A DNA stretch of 63,719 nt, filler included, from Hausera hauseri (GCA_046269625.1; 12 parts of 12 records of this genome joined end to end with filler, not necessarily neighbours in it), one strand, 5' to 3'. Positions 12,584 to 25,938 are shown, counted from the first letter of the whole stretch. The notes: a model not told the origin generated them from the letters alone. Translations and numbers: made by a program.

Positions 12584-13092
12584 TTACGTTTTCTTTTCTT
12601 TATTTGTTTTGCTTGAACGCAAATTATAGCGTTTGTTTGGTCTTAATTTCGTTTTAACTACTCTCTGAATTGATATGACTTCTTCCTTGCCACTTTTATT
12701 TATATAAACTGTAATTGGTGTAACTTTGGTAACTTTGTAAGGTCCTCTACCTGTTCTGGTATGTTTGAGAGATGTGCCTTTCTTTGCAACTGAATAGTGT
12801 ACGTAAACCAAGCTTCCGGGTTCTAGATCGTGTGGTTTAACGTTCTTATCGTAGTGTTTCTTGAATTGTTCCTGGTATTCTTTGGATAATTCCCTGGCTA
12901 TTTCCCAACATTTGCGTAATCTCATTTGTAATATCTCGACAAAATTTTTCTCTAAATCTTCCGTTCTTGTGGTGTAGGGAATCAATCCTAAATCTGTAGG
13001 TAGTACAGCTTCTCTGCCATATATCATGAAAAACGGAGTGAATCCTGTTGCAGGATGTGGTGTAGTATTAATGGCAAACTGTGTACCTTCTA
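12584..13092 (-). CDS. Ty3/gypsy integrase C-terminus (GPY/F domain)
   Basis: FAINTTPHPATGFTPFFMIYGRE..LP, KKHYDK, GRGPYKV motifs. Confidence 0.92.
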
Positions 13093-13689
13093 NNNNNNNN
13101 NNNNNNNNNNNNNNNNNNNNNNNNNNNNNNNNNNNNTTAATTAATTAANNNNNNNNNNNNNNNNNNNNNNNNNNNNNNNNNNNNNNNNNNNNGAATTATT
13201 ACAAGTGTTAAATTGTGAATTAATAGAAAAGTGTTCATAACGAATTAATACAAAAGTATTACTTTATTGAATACGCGAAAGTGCAAATTTAAATTTCACG
13301 AAAATAATGTTAAGTTTGATTTTGTTTATATATAAAAAGGGGCTTGAACAATTAATTCGAACTCAATTCGCAGGAAACAGATCCGATACCAAAAAATGAA
13401 GCTATGAAATTGTCACTACCGAAAGGCGAAGAGAGGAAGATCCGCAAAACGAAACTAGATAGAAACATAGCCATGAAATTGCCGATACCGATAAACGAAA
13501 CAATGATAAGAAGCGAAACGAATCTGCTGCTATAACCGAACAAAGAAATCACCAAACGAAAGATGGGAAGGTCGACAAGGGGAGAAAACGCGGACGGAGG
13601 TGATAGACAGTTAACTTGGAAAGTTCAGTCAAGAGAAAGCACAAGTCAAACTCCGCTGACGACAGCGAACGTAAGGGAGGAAATTATTT

Positions 13690-14558
13690 ACCCTGTTAAT
13701 TCCGACAGGGAGGCTCTGGTCTCATGCTGTGCGGGGAGCTAGACGGTCTATATCGGCCGCGACGACGGTGTAACAACATTTTTCTGAGACACAGACCTCA
13801 CACGAATATGAAGCGAAACCGAAACCCACGACCATCAACGCCAGGAGAGGCAAACAAATCTCCCACGAAAGCAAGGGATCCGCCCGACCAAGACACTCGA
13901 CCACTTGTGTTATGAAAACGACAGTTTCGATTCCAGGGTACCGAATTCCTCGGATACCCCGACCAACCCCTTCTGGAGTACGTTCGCAGTACCTCGGCAG
14001 AGATTCCTTCGAGGAACCCGCCTCACAGGGAACTTCTTGAACAGATCGACAGATTGTGGGACCGCCCAGAAAGCGTCGCCGACTGACCCGTGGAACGGCT
14101 CCGTACCGATCCGACCCGGACTTTCGTACACACGAGAATTTTTACAGCATAGCCGATTTGTGGGCACTTCACTCGGTTGCCGCGCTGCGACCCTTACGCG
14201 TTACCCGAGACCCACCTCAACGAGTTCTACGCCGACAGCGAGAGCAAACAGTTGCTCGATTCATCGGCATTTTTTGAATCTTTTTGATGTTGATTGCCAT
14301 GGTCGACCGCTTATTTGAATCACTGGTCCCATTGGACAGCCAGTTGATTCCAGCCAGCTGTCTCTGCGAGCAAATGTGTACAAGACGGCTCAGCTCCAGT
14401 TCGGAAAATGAGTTGATTCCCCTCGCCGACGTAATAGATCCGAACCTACACAATCGTATGCTTCCGTGATGATAATAGAATTATGATAATAAATCATTCC
14501 GTGTGTTACTTATTCTTCTTTCATTTGTTCATCTTCATATATAGTTTCCTTATTTACA
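13690..14558 (+). repeat. GC-rich island, possible solo LTR or other repeat remnant
   Basis: Abrupt GC rise, AATAAA near 14490 and an end at ...TTTACA. No coding homology recognised. Confidence 0.25.
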
Positions 14559-14651
14559 AAGGAATCTTTAATCAGATTATGTAAAGACATGTTCTATTTT
14601 AATGTCGGGCCAAGAAGATTGCAGATGCCGGCAACCGCTCATTTACCTATA

Positions 14652-15512
14652 CAGTGGGATGCGAAATTTTTGCACCCTAAAATAACTAAAAAACTTAAAA
14701 TATTATCGCACCCTATGTAAAAATTTAAAATAAAATCAGAATTCTAGTGTAAAATAAGTTAAAATCAACACAAAAACTTAAATTATTGATTCTATTATTC
14801 TCTCTATATTTTTTAATATATTAATAACAATTTTGTTTTATAAAATTTTGTTTTAATAATTATCGCACCTTTAAAACTTACCGCACCTTTTTTGAAATTT
14901 TAAGAAATATACGGTAAGTTGCTTATTAGTTGGCTTGTTAATTTGCTTATTAATTAAAATTTTAGCGCACCCATGGAAGAATCAGGCAAGAAAGAAAAAG
15001 TAAAAAATTTAAGGAATAATGGATTTCCAATATCAAAAAAGGACATAAAAACCGTGGCTAATATTATAAAAAATGGTAATGTTAAGTTTGAAAACATTAT
15101 GATAACAGATTATTTTATCCGAACATTTATTGAACATCACCAATTACACAGTGTTAAAATTCATCAGACATTGCCAAAATCTAATGATTCTGAAGTTCAA
15201 AAATTCATGGAAGAGTTTGAATCAGTAAAGCAAATTTATTGTAAAGATGACATTTATAATACTGATGAAACAAGCTTATTCATCAAATCCCCAAATAACA
15301 GATCTTATGTCCAAAAAATGACAGATTGAATATGAAGGGAATTTCTCAAATCAAGATGCAATAATGAAATTAAATGAGCTTGAGGCTATATTATGCAGCA
15401 ACGAGTAATTTCTAGATTTTTATCTAAGCAAAAAAAGAACACTTTGTAAAGATTTTTTATTCGAAAATAAATGTATAGTTTTGTGTTGGTTTTGTAAGTT
15501 CTCATCCCACTG
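14652..15512 (+). mobile_element. Internally deleted pogo/Tigger-type (Tc1/mariner superfamily) DNA transposon
   Basis: TIRs CAGTGGGATGCGAA and TTCTCATCCCACTG (1 mismatch), TA on both sides. Transposase remnant 14973-15329 has DIYNTDETSLF. Confidence 0.88.
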
Positions 15513-15514
15513 TA

Positions 15515-16440
15515 TTTAGCTTTAACGACCATCGTTTTACTTTAGAACATGTTGACTTATGTTGTTTTATTGGAAATATTACTGTTCACCGGTTACACTT
15601 CTTATTGGTGTAGGGATGATGACGTGTCCAAAAACCGTTTCATTGAGAATGAAGAAATACGTGCATTTGACAAACAATATATGCATCTTGAAACAAATGT
15701 CTAATCCAATTTGGTCTTTCTGAAAAAGGATTTATCAACCGATGAGCAAATGGTGCCGGTATTACGGTAAGCATAGCCACAAAATGTTTGATCGAAATAA
15801 ACCGATGGGTTTTGTGTTCGGGTGTATACTGGTAAAAATGAATCAGAAAGTAAAGAATCGCTAGTGGGTCAGAGTTGTTTTTTATCTTTGATAACGTTTT
15901 ACATCGCATACTTTGCAATTCAGAAGAAAGCCAGAAGTGCTTATGATTTTTATCGTGATGGTACTGTGTAATCGTGGTCCGGTGGAACGATAATAAGCCG
16001 GTATAGGGTTGCATGTAATAGGACCAACGAAACTTGTAAAACGATATTCCCACTCTGAATGTCACCACATTCGTACACAACAACCAGCCATAATTAGCAG
16101 TTATAACGGAAATATCGGAGCAGTGAATATCTGGGTTAGTTTGTTCAGCAATCGGTATTTTCCGATTTTCCCTCACGGTATTGATATTTGTCCTGCTGCT
16201 TCTCGGAGGCTGCACTGCGCTGTTGGAGGAAAATTGTCACGTTTGGAATTTTGGACGTTTGTTGTCAAGTTAATTCTCAAGTACACACCAGCTGGACTAC
16301 GACGTAATCCTCTCAATTCATTCGGATATGGGGTGGATTTGGTCATCAACTTACAAAGATTACTAACGAAGGTCGATGAAAATGCTGCCACGAAAGGGTA
16401 CTAAATATTCATGTGGAAGTTGTATCATGAGCGGGAACTG
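15515..16440 (+). pseudogene. piggyBac (PGBD-like) transposase remnant
   Basis: Frameshifted motifs ILLFTGY..YW, KKYVHL, YYGKHSHKMF..KP, FDN, RWNDNKPV and QQPAIISSYNGNIGAV. Confidence 0.85.
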
Positions 16441-17336
16441 AAGTAATTACACAGACAATTTTTGTTAGTGAGTGAGAATACGCAAATATGCTAGTGTGAA
16501 TGTTTTTGTTTCGTGTTCATTTTATTTGAAAAATCTAAATTTTTATTTCCTCCGTAAGCAAATGTGCCAATGGTCATTTGGACGAATATGCTACCCCAAT
16601 CTGAATGTTGAGCAGATAACTCAACACTTTACATTATCAATATACTCAGCCCTTCCGAAAGCTAAATATTCAAAATCAGACATTTTAAGTACATTTTATT
16701 CCATTGATTTGAAATTGGTTAAAAGGGAACAAAGAAAGACGCGGAACTGGGTCAAATAGAACATTATAGATTCGCTTTAACAGTCGATCGAACAGCGACG
16801 TTTTCATAAACATCTTTACAAGTGGAAAGTGACAAAACGCGGTTTCGGAGATTCCAGCACACCACAAATGTCCCTTATTTCTGTATTTGATACTTTTTCA
16901 CTTCTCCCTTCTCACTACAAAATTTTCCTTCTTTTTTCTTTAGATAATGTTCGTTTAATATTCTTATAATATACGACCCATAATCTATGGATGTGGTGAG
17001 GGGGGGGAGGGAATAGAACAAGTGTCGAAAACACTGTCTTATTTAAAATGCACTAAGATAAAAGGGAAACTGTGCACCATAGAATGCCATGTATCAGCCG
17101 ATCCATTAACAAATCCAACGGCGTGGTCTCCGTAAATATTTCGTCCAGAGGAAAGTGGAAAAACTCTGCTTTAGAGGTTCCTAAACACCACAAATGTCGC
17201 ACAATTCCGTACTTGGCACTTGTTCATTTACCCCTCCCCATTAAGTTTGGGAATTTGGACAAAAGTTTCGGCCTTTTTCCCAAGCACATATATACTCGAT
17301 TTTGTGTTACCTTATAATATGTGGCGCACTATCTAT

Positions 17337-17718
17337 GGGGAGAATTGAACAAGTGCCAAAAACGGGAATCTGTGCCCTACAGAATGCCATCTATCAGTCG
17401 ATCCTTTGACAAACCCGACGGCGTAGTGTAGGAATGGATGTACAAATAAAACTAGTCAGTAGGTGCGAGGGGGGAGAATTGAACAAGTGCCAAAAACGGG
17501 AATCTGTGTCCTACAGAATGCCATCTATCAATCGATCCTTTGACAAACCCGACGGTGTAGTGTAGGAATGGACGTGCAAATAAAAATAGTCAGTAGGTGC
17601 GGGAGGAGGGGGCGGGAGAATTGAACAAGTGCCAAAAATGGGAATCTGTGCCCTACAGAATGCCATCTATCAGTCGATCGATTGAAAAACCCGACGGCGT
17701 AGTGTAGGAATGGACACG
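17337..17718 (+). repeat. Tandem repeat, ~135-bp unit, ~3 copies
   Basis: Unit GGGGAGAATTGAACAAGTGCCAAAA...CTACAGAATGCCATCTATCAG...GTAGTGTAGGAATGGA starts near 17337, 17470 and 17613. A diverged copy lies at ~16995-17130 and an inverted fragment at ~17210-17240. Confidence 0.9.
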
Positions 17719-17912
17719 TAATTTGAAACGTCTTACGTTGATCAAATACGTCACAGCGCGATGGAGAAGTAACAATGCCGACTGGCATTGGAACAATGTC
17801 AAATAGAGCAATTCCAGCAGATCCAACAGATATCGGCAGTCCTCGAAATTCTCCAATCGGGTATCATTCTGACTCATAGCACTACAACCGTCTATAAAAG
17901 ATCAGTAAATTA

Positions 17913-18995
17913 TCACCACGAGAACCTTCTCTTAATGTGTTCAATAGCCTTGATTATAATGAGCTTGTTGAGTTCTTTGGTGAAAAATCTCATCTTATCT
18001 GGCATTACGGAATCCATATCGTCTGACGCAACCGTGTTACTCAGTGTCCAATCATCCAGAACGTGTTGGAGATTGTTGAATTCGTGCAGACTAAAAATAA
18101 CCGATATGATGTTGGACGAATGGTTCCGTTCGTCGGCACTCGATTTATCATCGGTCGGCAGCGTTTTACTGATGGATTTGATGTCGAAATTTTCAGCGCG
18201 ATCTGACCAGAATTCGTTGTCGATTTTCATCGTAGACCAATTGGAAAGTGTCAGATTACAGAATGGCTGCGGCAGAGCTGAACTGTCTGCATCGGCTTCC
18301 GTTTCGGTGTAGTTGCTGCAATACGACATCGGTGATGCACAATCATACAAACGTACCTTTGGCCCTTCAATTCAACCTTTTTCCCGGCCATATTTCGGTA
18401 GCTCTTTCGATCACCGAAGAAATTTATATTTTTCAACGAAAACGTTAATACGTCTTTAAAAATCAACTTATGCAGTTCGACTTTCAAACAGTCGATTAAG
18501 ATCTGAATTCAACACAATCATCAGATAAATATAAATTCATCGAAAACCTTCTGACGACTCGTCAAATCCGAACGTACCAAATGAACTCCATTAACTTTAT
18601 CCAACCCGAAAGTCATCTTTTTCTCGGCAGCATTGACGGTTAACGTGGCGTCGATCCATTGTCGGGATTCGGTTAAAGATGTAACGAGTTCTGGTGCTAA
18701 ACGAATGTCCTCGAGAGCTTCCAGCAGTTTCACACAGTGTCGGTTTTCAACTAATTCTAACCAGAGACGTCGAAGGTCTTCTCGGTTGCATTGGAGCAAT
18801 TGTTTACATTGCGTAAGATTGTTTTTTATTAAGTTAACTCCAGCTTTATTTTCTAATATAAAATCATCGCAACAAATAACAAAACAAAATTCCCATACGT
18901 TTCACGCGTTCCGAAATGTATCTATAAACTTGAAGGATCTCTGAAACTTGTTCGTATTTATCTAAACCGGGAAATTCATCTTCTTCAATTTACAA
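17913..18995 (-). CDS. Uncharacterised protein gene with very short introns (termini uncertain)
   Basis: GT-AG introns 18853-18898 (46 nt), 18503-18547 (45 nt) and 18316-18356 (41 nt) join the ORF pieces into one open frame. Confidence 0.7.
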
Positions 18996-20075
18996 CTACA
19001 AAAACCAAACCAGCCAAGTTTTTATTTAAACTCGTTCCATTGACATTGTATTCAATTCCCAATTGCTTTTTCTTTTCTTCTTGTACAACCGAATTGTCAC
19101 TGTAAATAATTGATAAATACGAAAATACAAGTCATAAAATAATACTTTTCAATTAGACTTTTGACAAATGAAACCAAATATGAAACTTGAGCCTAAAACA
19201 TGAAGAAGAAATTTTTTAATCTGGAATTTAAAAAGATAATCGAAATATCTCTACATTCTAATTATAAATTACATGTACGAAGTAAAAGAAAAAAATGATT
19301 CTTCAGCAATTCCCTAAATTAGTTGTGTGGTGTGTGAATTTATCAATTTAACTTAATAAATAATCTACGTAGACAGTAAAGAGTGTGGTAATTTTAGCTT
19401 AATTTCGTAATTTCGTTAAAAATCAAAAGAATGAAATTATTCATGAAACTTTACACGAGAGGCTTATAAATTCCCTCATCATTGTGAAAGATATATTATC
19501 ATTAATATTCTGTTAATATTTTTTAAATATTATTACACGGAATTCCGTTAAAGTAAGTTTTGAATTGTTTTAAAAATCTGCAGCTGAAAATTTATATTTA
19601 CTATGTAGCTAATATAAAAATATTTTTACGAACACTTTATTCTTTTGAAAATATTCTACTTGCATTTATATTTATATAAATGTTATTGTAATGGGAATAA
19701 ATTCAAAAAAATTGTAAATGGAAACATTAATTCAAAATTTTATTAATTTTTTTAATTAATAAAATGTAAGTCAGAAACATCCTAAAGCATACAGTATTTA
19801 GCGTCCCAAGTTTTAATAAAATTGAATTATTCATCAGTACAAAAAAGGATTAAACATTTTTAAAAAATAATATTGAAATTTACAAACTAAAAATATCGTG
19901 ATTGAAAAGGTATCGCTCTTATCAATTCAGTAAGTTAGAAAATGTGATAATTTGTTTGAATAATGTCAATTATATNNNNNNNNNNNNNNNNNNNNNNNNN
20001 NNNNNNNNNNNNNNNNNNNTTAATTAATTAANNNNNNNNNNNNNNNNNNNNNNNNNNNNNNNNNNNNNNNNNNNN

Positions 20076-23000
20076 CATGCATTTTGGACTTAAGAGCCAC
20101 AAACCGCGAGATGATTGTCCCATTCGCCTCGTCTTTAAATTTCCCAAGGACCTTTTGGTTGGTAATTGAATAGTTAAGATGCTCCTTTGGATAGTCAGAC
20201 GTATCCATATGCACAGCCAATTTAGCAAAGTCCTCATAAATGTCCTCTATATGGATCTAATAGATGAAACTATCAGTATTTATGTACATCAGCTGTATGG
20301 ACGTGGATGTGGGAACTATGATGTCATAGTGGAATTTGTACATCAAGGACTTTGACAGGTCCAGTATTGGCATACACATATTTGAGTTTGTTGAATTGCA
20401 AGGATGTTTTCAGCATATGAATGCTGACCATGTTCTTCGCATATATGATGCTTTTGTGGAAGTTTGGTTTGGCAATGAGATTCTTTGCCCGCTTCCACTC
20501 ACAGATCAGTTCGATGTTGATCCTGTTGCCGATATTCTCCATTGTCTTGCCATAAAACGCTGTTGTTGTAAATCTTGAACTGATCCTTCTCAAAATTGTT
20601 CTTGGCATTTGTCCGCAGCTTGGTATTAAGATCTATATAGGGTTGCAGCCACATGGACTGGCTGAACTGCAGGGTCCGATGGATCTTCGTAATGCGGAGT
20701 CCATTTCTGACCGCCTGCTGGAGACTTATGTAGTGGACTTGTAGTAGGATTTGCAAAGTGCCGAATATTTCATTCCCGGTAAAATACCGCCGGAAAAATT
20801 CAATCCCAGTTTTTTCCGTTTATTTATGGATTTTCGAGCATTTTCATAAACAACGTGCCTACAAGACTTTTGCACATATCGTTTTCTGTTAAACACACTC
20901 TTTCTATATATTTTTAAGCAAATAAACTAACATAATGTAGTAATAAGACCAAAAAATGTAAAAATATTATACTTAGTATTTAAAATATATTTTTCTCCTG
21001 TTTAAAGAATAACAGTTCTTCAGAGGTTCTTCCAATTAATTCGTCCTAAAGGTCGATAGCATGAACTTTTATTGCATGCTTGTGTAATCCGGATGTTGAG
21101 CCACCGACAGATTTCAGTACCTTCTTGCAAGATAAGCATTTAGTTTCTTCTTTACCTGTCCTAGAAAAATGTTGCCAGACGTTAAATTTCTATGAGACAT
21201 TATAAAGGATGATTGTTTTTACTGTAATTCCAAATGTTGAATTTTTAACGTGTTGTATTGAATAATATAATGGAATATTAAAACAGCAATTTAAACCGGT
21301 ATTTCAAACTTCGGTTTCGGTACTGTCCTTACTTTTCGCATCCCGGTATTTCCCAGTATTCCAGTAACGGTTTGCAAACTCTATAGAACAGCTTTCTGTG
21401 CTTTCCATGGGGCGGATGCTTGCTGTCAAGGAGAAAAGGAAGCTGTTGATGCCTTATGTGAATAGAAGCCGGATATTCCATATCCTACTCCAGTATGTAG
21501 CCTGTATCACCAGTGGGATCCACATCCAATATAGGGATGTTTTCAGGGTGCTCGATCCACTTGAAGTCACCATATGGAAATGGGGCCCTCATTGCCCTTT
21601 CATACAGGTTGTTGGCATCTAGGTATGATATATATGACGATTCCTTTGTTGAGCCGTATTCGGCCATATACTTGTTGTTAGCCTCGCTATACCGGTGGAT
21701 TGCCTGGCACATTCCGCCTCTAATGCCTCTCTTGATCACGAGTATCATGTCGTAATCCTTTATGAACTGCAGCCTGACACCTGTATATCTAAGAATAGCT
21801 GCCCAGCTCATCTCTATAGCCGTAAAGAAATGAGCTGGATCCAATGCATGGTTCTTCGTCGTAACATCCCTGAAATTCTCAAAGACATCCTTCAGAAGCA
21901 GCACATCCATCTTGAGGTATATGTCGCTGTATTCCCCTAACGTTTGGCACTAGAATTCATACCAGACGTTCTGAACATGCTGATAGTCCATATCACTGAT
22001 ATCGCAGTCTGAGAGGATATTGTAAAAGTCCTCCTTAGCCGTTAATGAGGTTTCATCCAGTGTTTCCCTTGATGTTTTATAGTCATAGGGAAACACGTCT
22101 TTCCTCTTGACTAGGTCAAATGTAGTAGGGAAGAAACTCTTCGTATTCTTGAATTCTTCTGCAGGGAGGTTCTTCACTAAACTGTCAAGTGAAGAGGACA
22201 TGAAACGGAAGTTGTCTACAAAGCGAAGCCTGATTTTCCCAACATGCTTTGTAAACATTATGTACTTCTCCTCACTGTTGGAGATCACATCAATGTTTCC
22301 TTCAATGCTGCCCAGTTCCTGAACAATGAAATGGGAATCATGGTCATTGAGATTATGGAACACTACAGGCACATATGTAAATGTTTTGCAATGTAGATTG
22401 CAGTTATTGCATGCCACGCCTCGAGATGTGCCTGTAAAATGGCAGTGATCCCTGACTTTATAATTCTCCTTAGTGAATGATTTGGAGCAGAAGTAACATG
22501 CTTTTGCCTTGCACTATTCTTCTTCTTGCTACTTCGGCATGCTCATATAGTCCGTTTGCTGTTGAAGCATGTTTTCAAGCTTATGAGCCATATCTTCAAG
22601 TCGTTTCATAAAATGTGCTGCTGCGCCTGGACCCCTGAATAGAAACATTTCACTGTACAGTCCTTTGGCATACATGCAATACGGTGAGAGTTCATGATAT
22701 TGGTATGCCGTTGTGCTGCTGTGTTGAAGACTGGGAGTTCATGTCTGTACTGGTCTGAGAATAGCTTCAAAGTCGCAATAAACGACAACTGGGACCTTTA
22801 GCTTCTCCTCGAAATCCTTGAATTCAATGTAGTCCTCCTTGGGAAATTCTGGCCTGATACAGCAATTGTTGGTGCAGTACATCTTGTGCTCTTTCAGCTT
22901 CTCCACAGCTAACTTGCCACTAAAATGGAACAAGCATAGTTGCATAACTCGATTCTTTCCTTATATTTCGTCATTTTGGATCTGACTAGACGTTCAAAAT

Positions 23001-23700
23001 TCTTTATCCAGATGAAATGCCTCTTTTCACCATCATATAGTAGGAGCAGATCCCTATAATCTTCCAATTCAGTATCATATATCTGCAGGGGATAAAATTT
23101 GTCCGCCTCATCCAATCCAATGATGTTGATGAATATGTTGTTGATTCGGCTGAACTTCTTAATTTCATCTAAGGATGGAGGGAATGTGATACATTGGAAG
23201 TCATAGTTGTGCTTCAGATCATTATATAGCCAAACTCGATCTGCTGCATGTTTTTGATTTGGTACGAGTGTTGATAGAATGGCATACGTGAAACACTTGT
23301 TGTCGTTATTATGGACATTGACACATGCTTTCCATTCCGGAATCTGAATATAAGAACTACCCCGCATTGGAGAGTACTTGTGGACATACAGAAGCAATCT
23401 CTTCATGGTTGCCAGAGTCCATCCGCTCTTCTTACTTTGGCTCTCATCAGCTTCACGGATCAGCATTGCATGCTCTTCATGCAGCCATTCTACTATATTG
23501 GTGGCTTCAAAAATGGGTCTATTTATGGTCTTGAAGGCCATTTTGGACTCTTCGCCATCAACATTGACGTATATGGTTTCAAGTTTCATATTAGCCTTAA
23601 TGGCCTTGAGCTCAGCTAAGTTGTCCTGTAGAATTCCCTCTGTTTCTTCCTCTGTGTACTCCAGGAACTCCTTAATGGTTGTTTGACCAGTTGCATCAAT
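20076..23700 (-). pseudogene. polB: Polinton/adintovirus-type protein-primed DNA polymerase B, degenerate
   Basis: SGWTL..YSPMRGSSYI..NNDNKCF, VYCDFEA, endonuclease-VII-like RDHCHFTG..CNNCN, FHNL..DSH, RFVDNFRFM, YLDANNLY, K..NNSV/YGKT, YINTDS and LGKFKDE. Confidence 0.93.
20745..21383 (-). mobile_element. Non-autonomous hAT-like element with BED zinc finger, inserted in polB
   Basis: Imperfect TIRs TAGGATTTGCAAA and TTTGCAAACTCTA. Internal VWQHFSRTGKEETKCLSCKKVLKSVGGSTSGLHKHAIKVH (~21060-21185). No 8-bp TSD; only TAG flanks both sides. Confidence 0.8.
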
Positions 23701-25329
23701 GACATATTTGCGGACTTTTCCTTTAATGCTGCAGCATTAACTGACCGCTGTCTTCGACTTTTTGGTGGAGCCCCTACGCCTGATGCGCCTGATGTGCCTG
23801 ATGGTCCTGGTGCGAGTTTTAGTCTTGCATCTAAATGTACTGCTGCATCTGGCTGTGATACTGCTGCTGTAGGATGTGCTGCTGCAACTGGCTTATGTTC
23901 ACTAAAGATGATCTTTGACTTTGATGCGTAGTGAGTCAAATGATGTTTTTGATCTTCATAAAACTGTATGTATTCTCCACCACATACAGCCTCACATCCT
24001 GGGAAAATATAATAGAGGATCCTATTGAAATTTTGTCCATAATAGTTCCTCATAGTATTGTGGCAATTCTGAGGGTTGTGTATTGTACATGTGCAATACA
24101 CATATGGACTGCATCATTGATTTTCGTTTGGTATGAAAGTAGTTATTGGCATATTGGTACTGAATATTTACTTTTTCGACTTGGTGAAGGGAATTAGGTG
24201 TTGTTTATGGACATTATAAAAGTCTTCATAATTGGTTTAGCACAGTACCTCACATGTAGGGCATATATAATACTCAGCCCCGTTGTATAGTTGGCTAAAG
24301 TATTTTTTCATAATATTGCGGCCATTTTCAGGCTCATGGATTTGAGCCAAGCATCTCTGTAAAGTTTGCACATCTAAAAATCAACCAATTATTTGAGAAG
24401 CACAATTAAAAACTCACCATTCCTTGAAGTAATTTTCGAAATCATGAAAAAATATATCCATATCACCATGTACCGACTCGCTTATTAATTGGTTTTAATG
24501 CACTTTTGTTTTAATGCATCAATTAAATACAGGGAGGAGCCAAATTTGATTAGTTTTTCATATATGGGAATTCGAATGACGTCATTAGATTCTTCGAATG
24601 ATGCATTCTTGACCAAATATTCAAGTTCGAATAGCCAAATATTCAACTTGAAAGCTCGAAGTCAAATATCTAACATAATATTCCTATTCGGCATNNNNNN
24701 NNNNNNNNNNNNNNNNNNNNNNNNNNNNNNNNNNNNNNTTAATTAATTAANNNNNNNNNNNNNNNNNNNNNNNNNNNNNNNNNNNNNNNNNNNNGACGTA
24801 ATGACATTATTTTATTCAGAAATATTAAAATAATCTCAATGATCCAAAAATAGTTTCAAAAAATTTATTTGAAATAATGTGGTATGTAATGATAAATTTT
24901 CTTTTATATAGTAATATATAATACAAACACACAAAGTGACTTTTATAAAATAGATATGTTCTGCAATATAACATATATTGTATAATTAAATTGCTGAAAA
25001 AATCCTTTGTGTGCAGTTATTCCGATTTTATGTGGACTCGCTAAATTGAGGGAGTACGTTTATTGATATGAAACGTAGTGCAGTGATACTTGATACATAC
25101 TTATGTTCAACGTCTTGTCCCAAAACTGGACAGTATACATATTTGACGTTACTGTGTAGAAAACTCGAATTTTCAAATTAAATCAAATTACTGGACATTT
25201 GATGCACATCATTTTTGTAAATCCAAAATTAATTAAATCAATTTTCTATGTACTACATTTGTTAGTGCGTTTCATTTTATTTTTCAGCAACATTTCAATC
25301 AATATTGTTGATTTGTATGAAGCGATATG

Positions 25330-25545
25330 TTTGCAGTTTATGTGATAAGCCTTTGGTTGATCCGACTGAATTTAAACAGCATACGGATGGTCACCTTTGT
25401 AAATCCGATGAAGTCTATTTATGTACACTAAGTGACAAATCTTACAACCGTCTTACACCGATTAGTTGAGCATCAATTTTTTATTAAAACTCTAGTGCAT
25501 TCAATACGTTCAAATGTCAAACGTGCGGAGTGCTTTCATCTGACT
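25330..25545 (+). pseudogene. Possible degenerate C2H2 zinc-finger exon
   Basis: CDKP..FKQHTDGH, YLCTLSDKSYNRL and FKCQTCG fragments with disruptions. Confidence 0.35.
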
Positions 25546-25938
25546 TTTCTGTAACTCAAAGCAACGGTGTTATTTTCTAAATATTAATGATGCCTTATCC
25601 ACAGTAGAAAGATGACGTCACTGCTGAGAATCTGTAGAACAGAACTGTTTAGTTTTCCTGTAAGTTACACATCCACAAAAACATCGTAGTCTTCGTAACA
25701 TTCAAATAAAACCCAGAAAATGCCTCATTCTTCCTCTCATCCAGAACTTCATGTGATAGCTTTCAGTAACATTGACTGTTTGAACTCGAACCTTTGGTAG
25801 ACTTTGCTTCGTTCCTCACTCATCTCACATGTCAAATACTCAGAAATTTGGATATCATGCGTGGAAATAAAGCTGGAAGTGGAAGATGTTTCGATCATCA
25901 TCTACAACTATATTCCGATGTTAACAAGAACTGTTTCT

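Larger units (their letters stand above)
8544..13092 (-). mobile_element. Ty3/gypsy LTR retroelement, 3' half: integrase, membrane-protein ORF, exonuclease-like/RING ORF, PPT, LTR
   Basis: Integrase C-terminus, two downstream ORFs, PPT and TG-starting LTR are all colinear on the minus strand. The region is homologous to 30203-32663. Confidence 0.88.

Noticed and set aside
17337-17718. Possible CRISPR-like array
   Set aside because: Whole units repeat with no unique spacers, there are no cas genes, and the context is eukaryotic.
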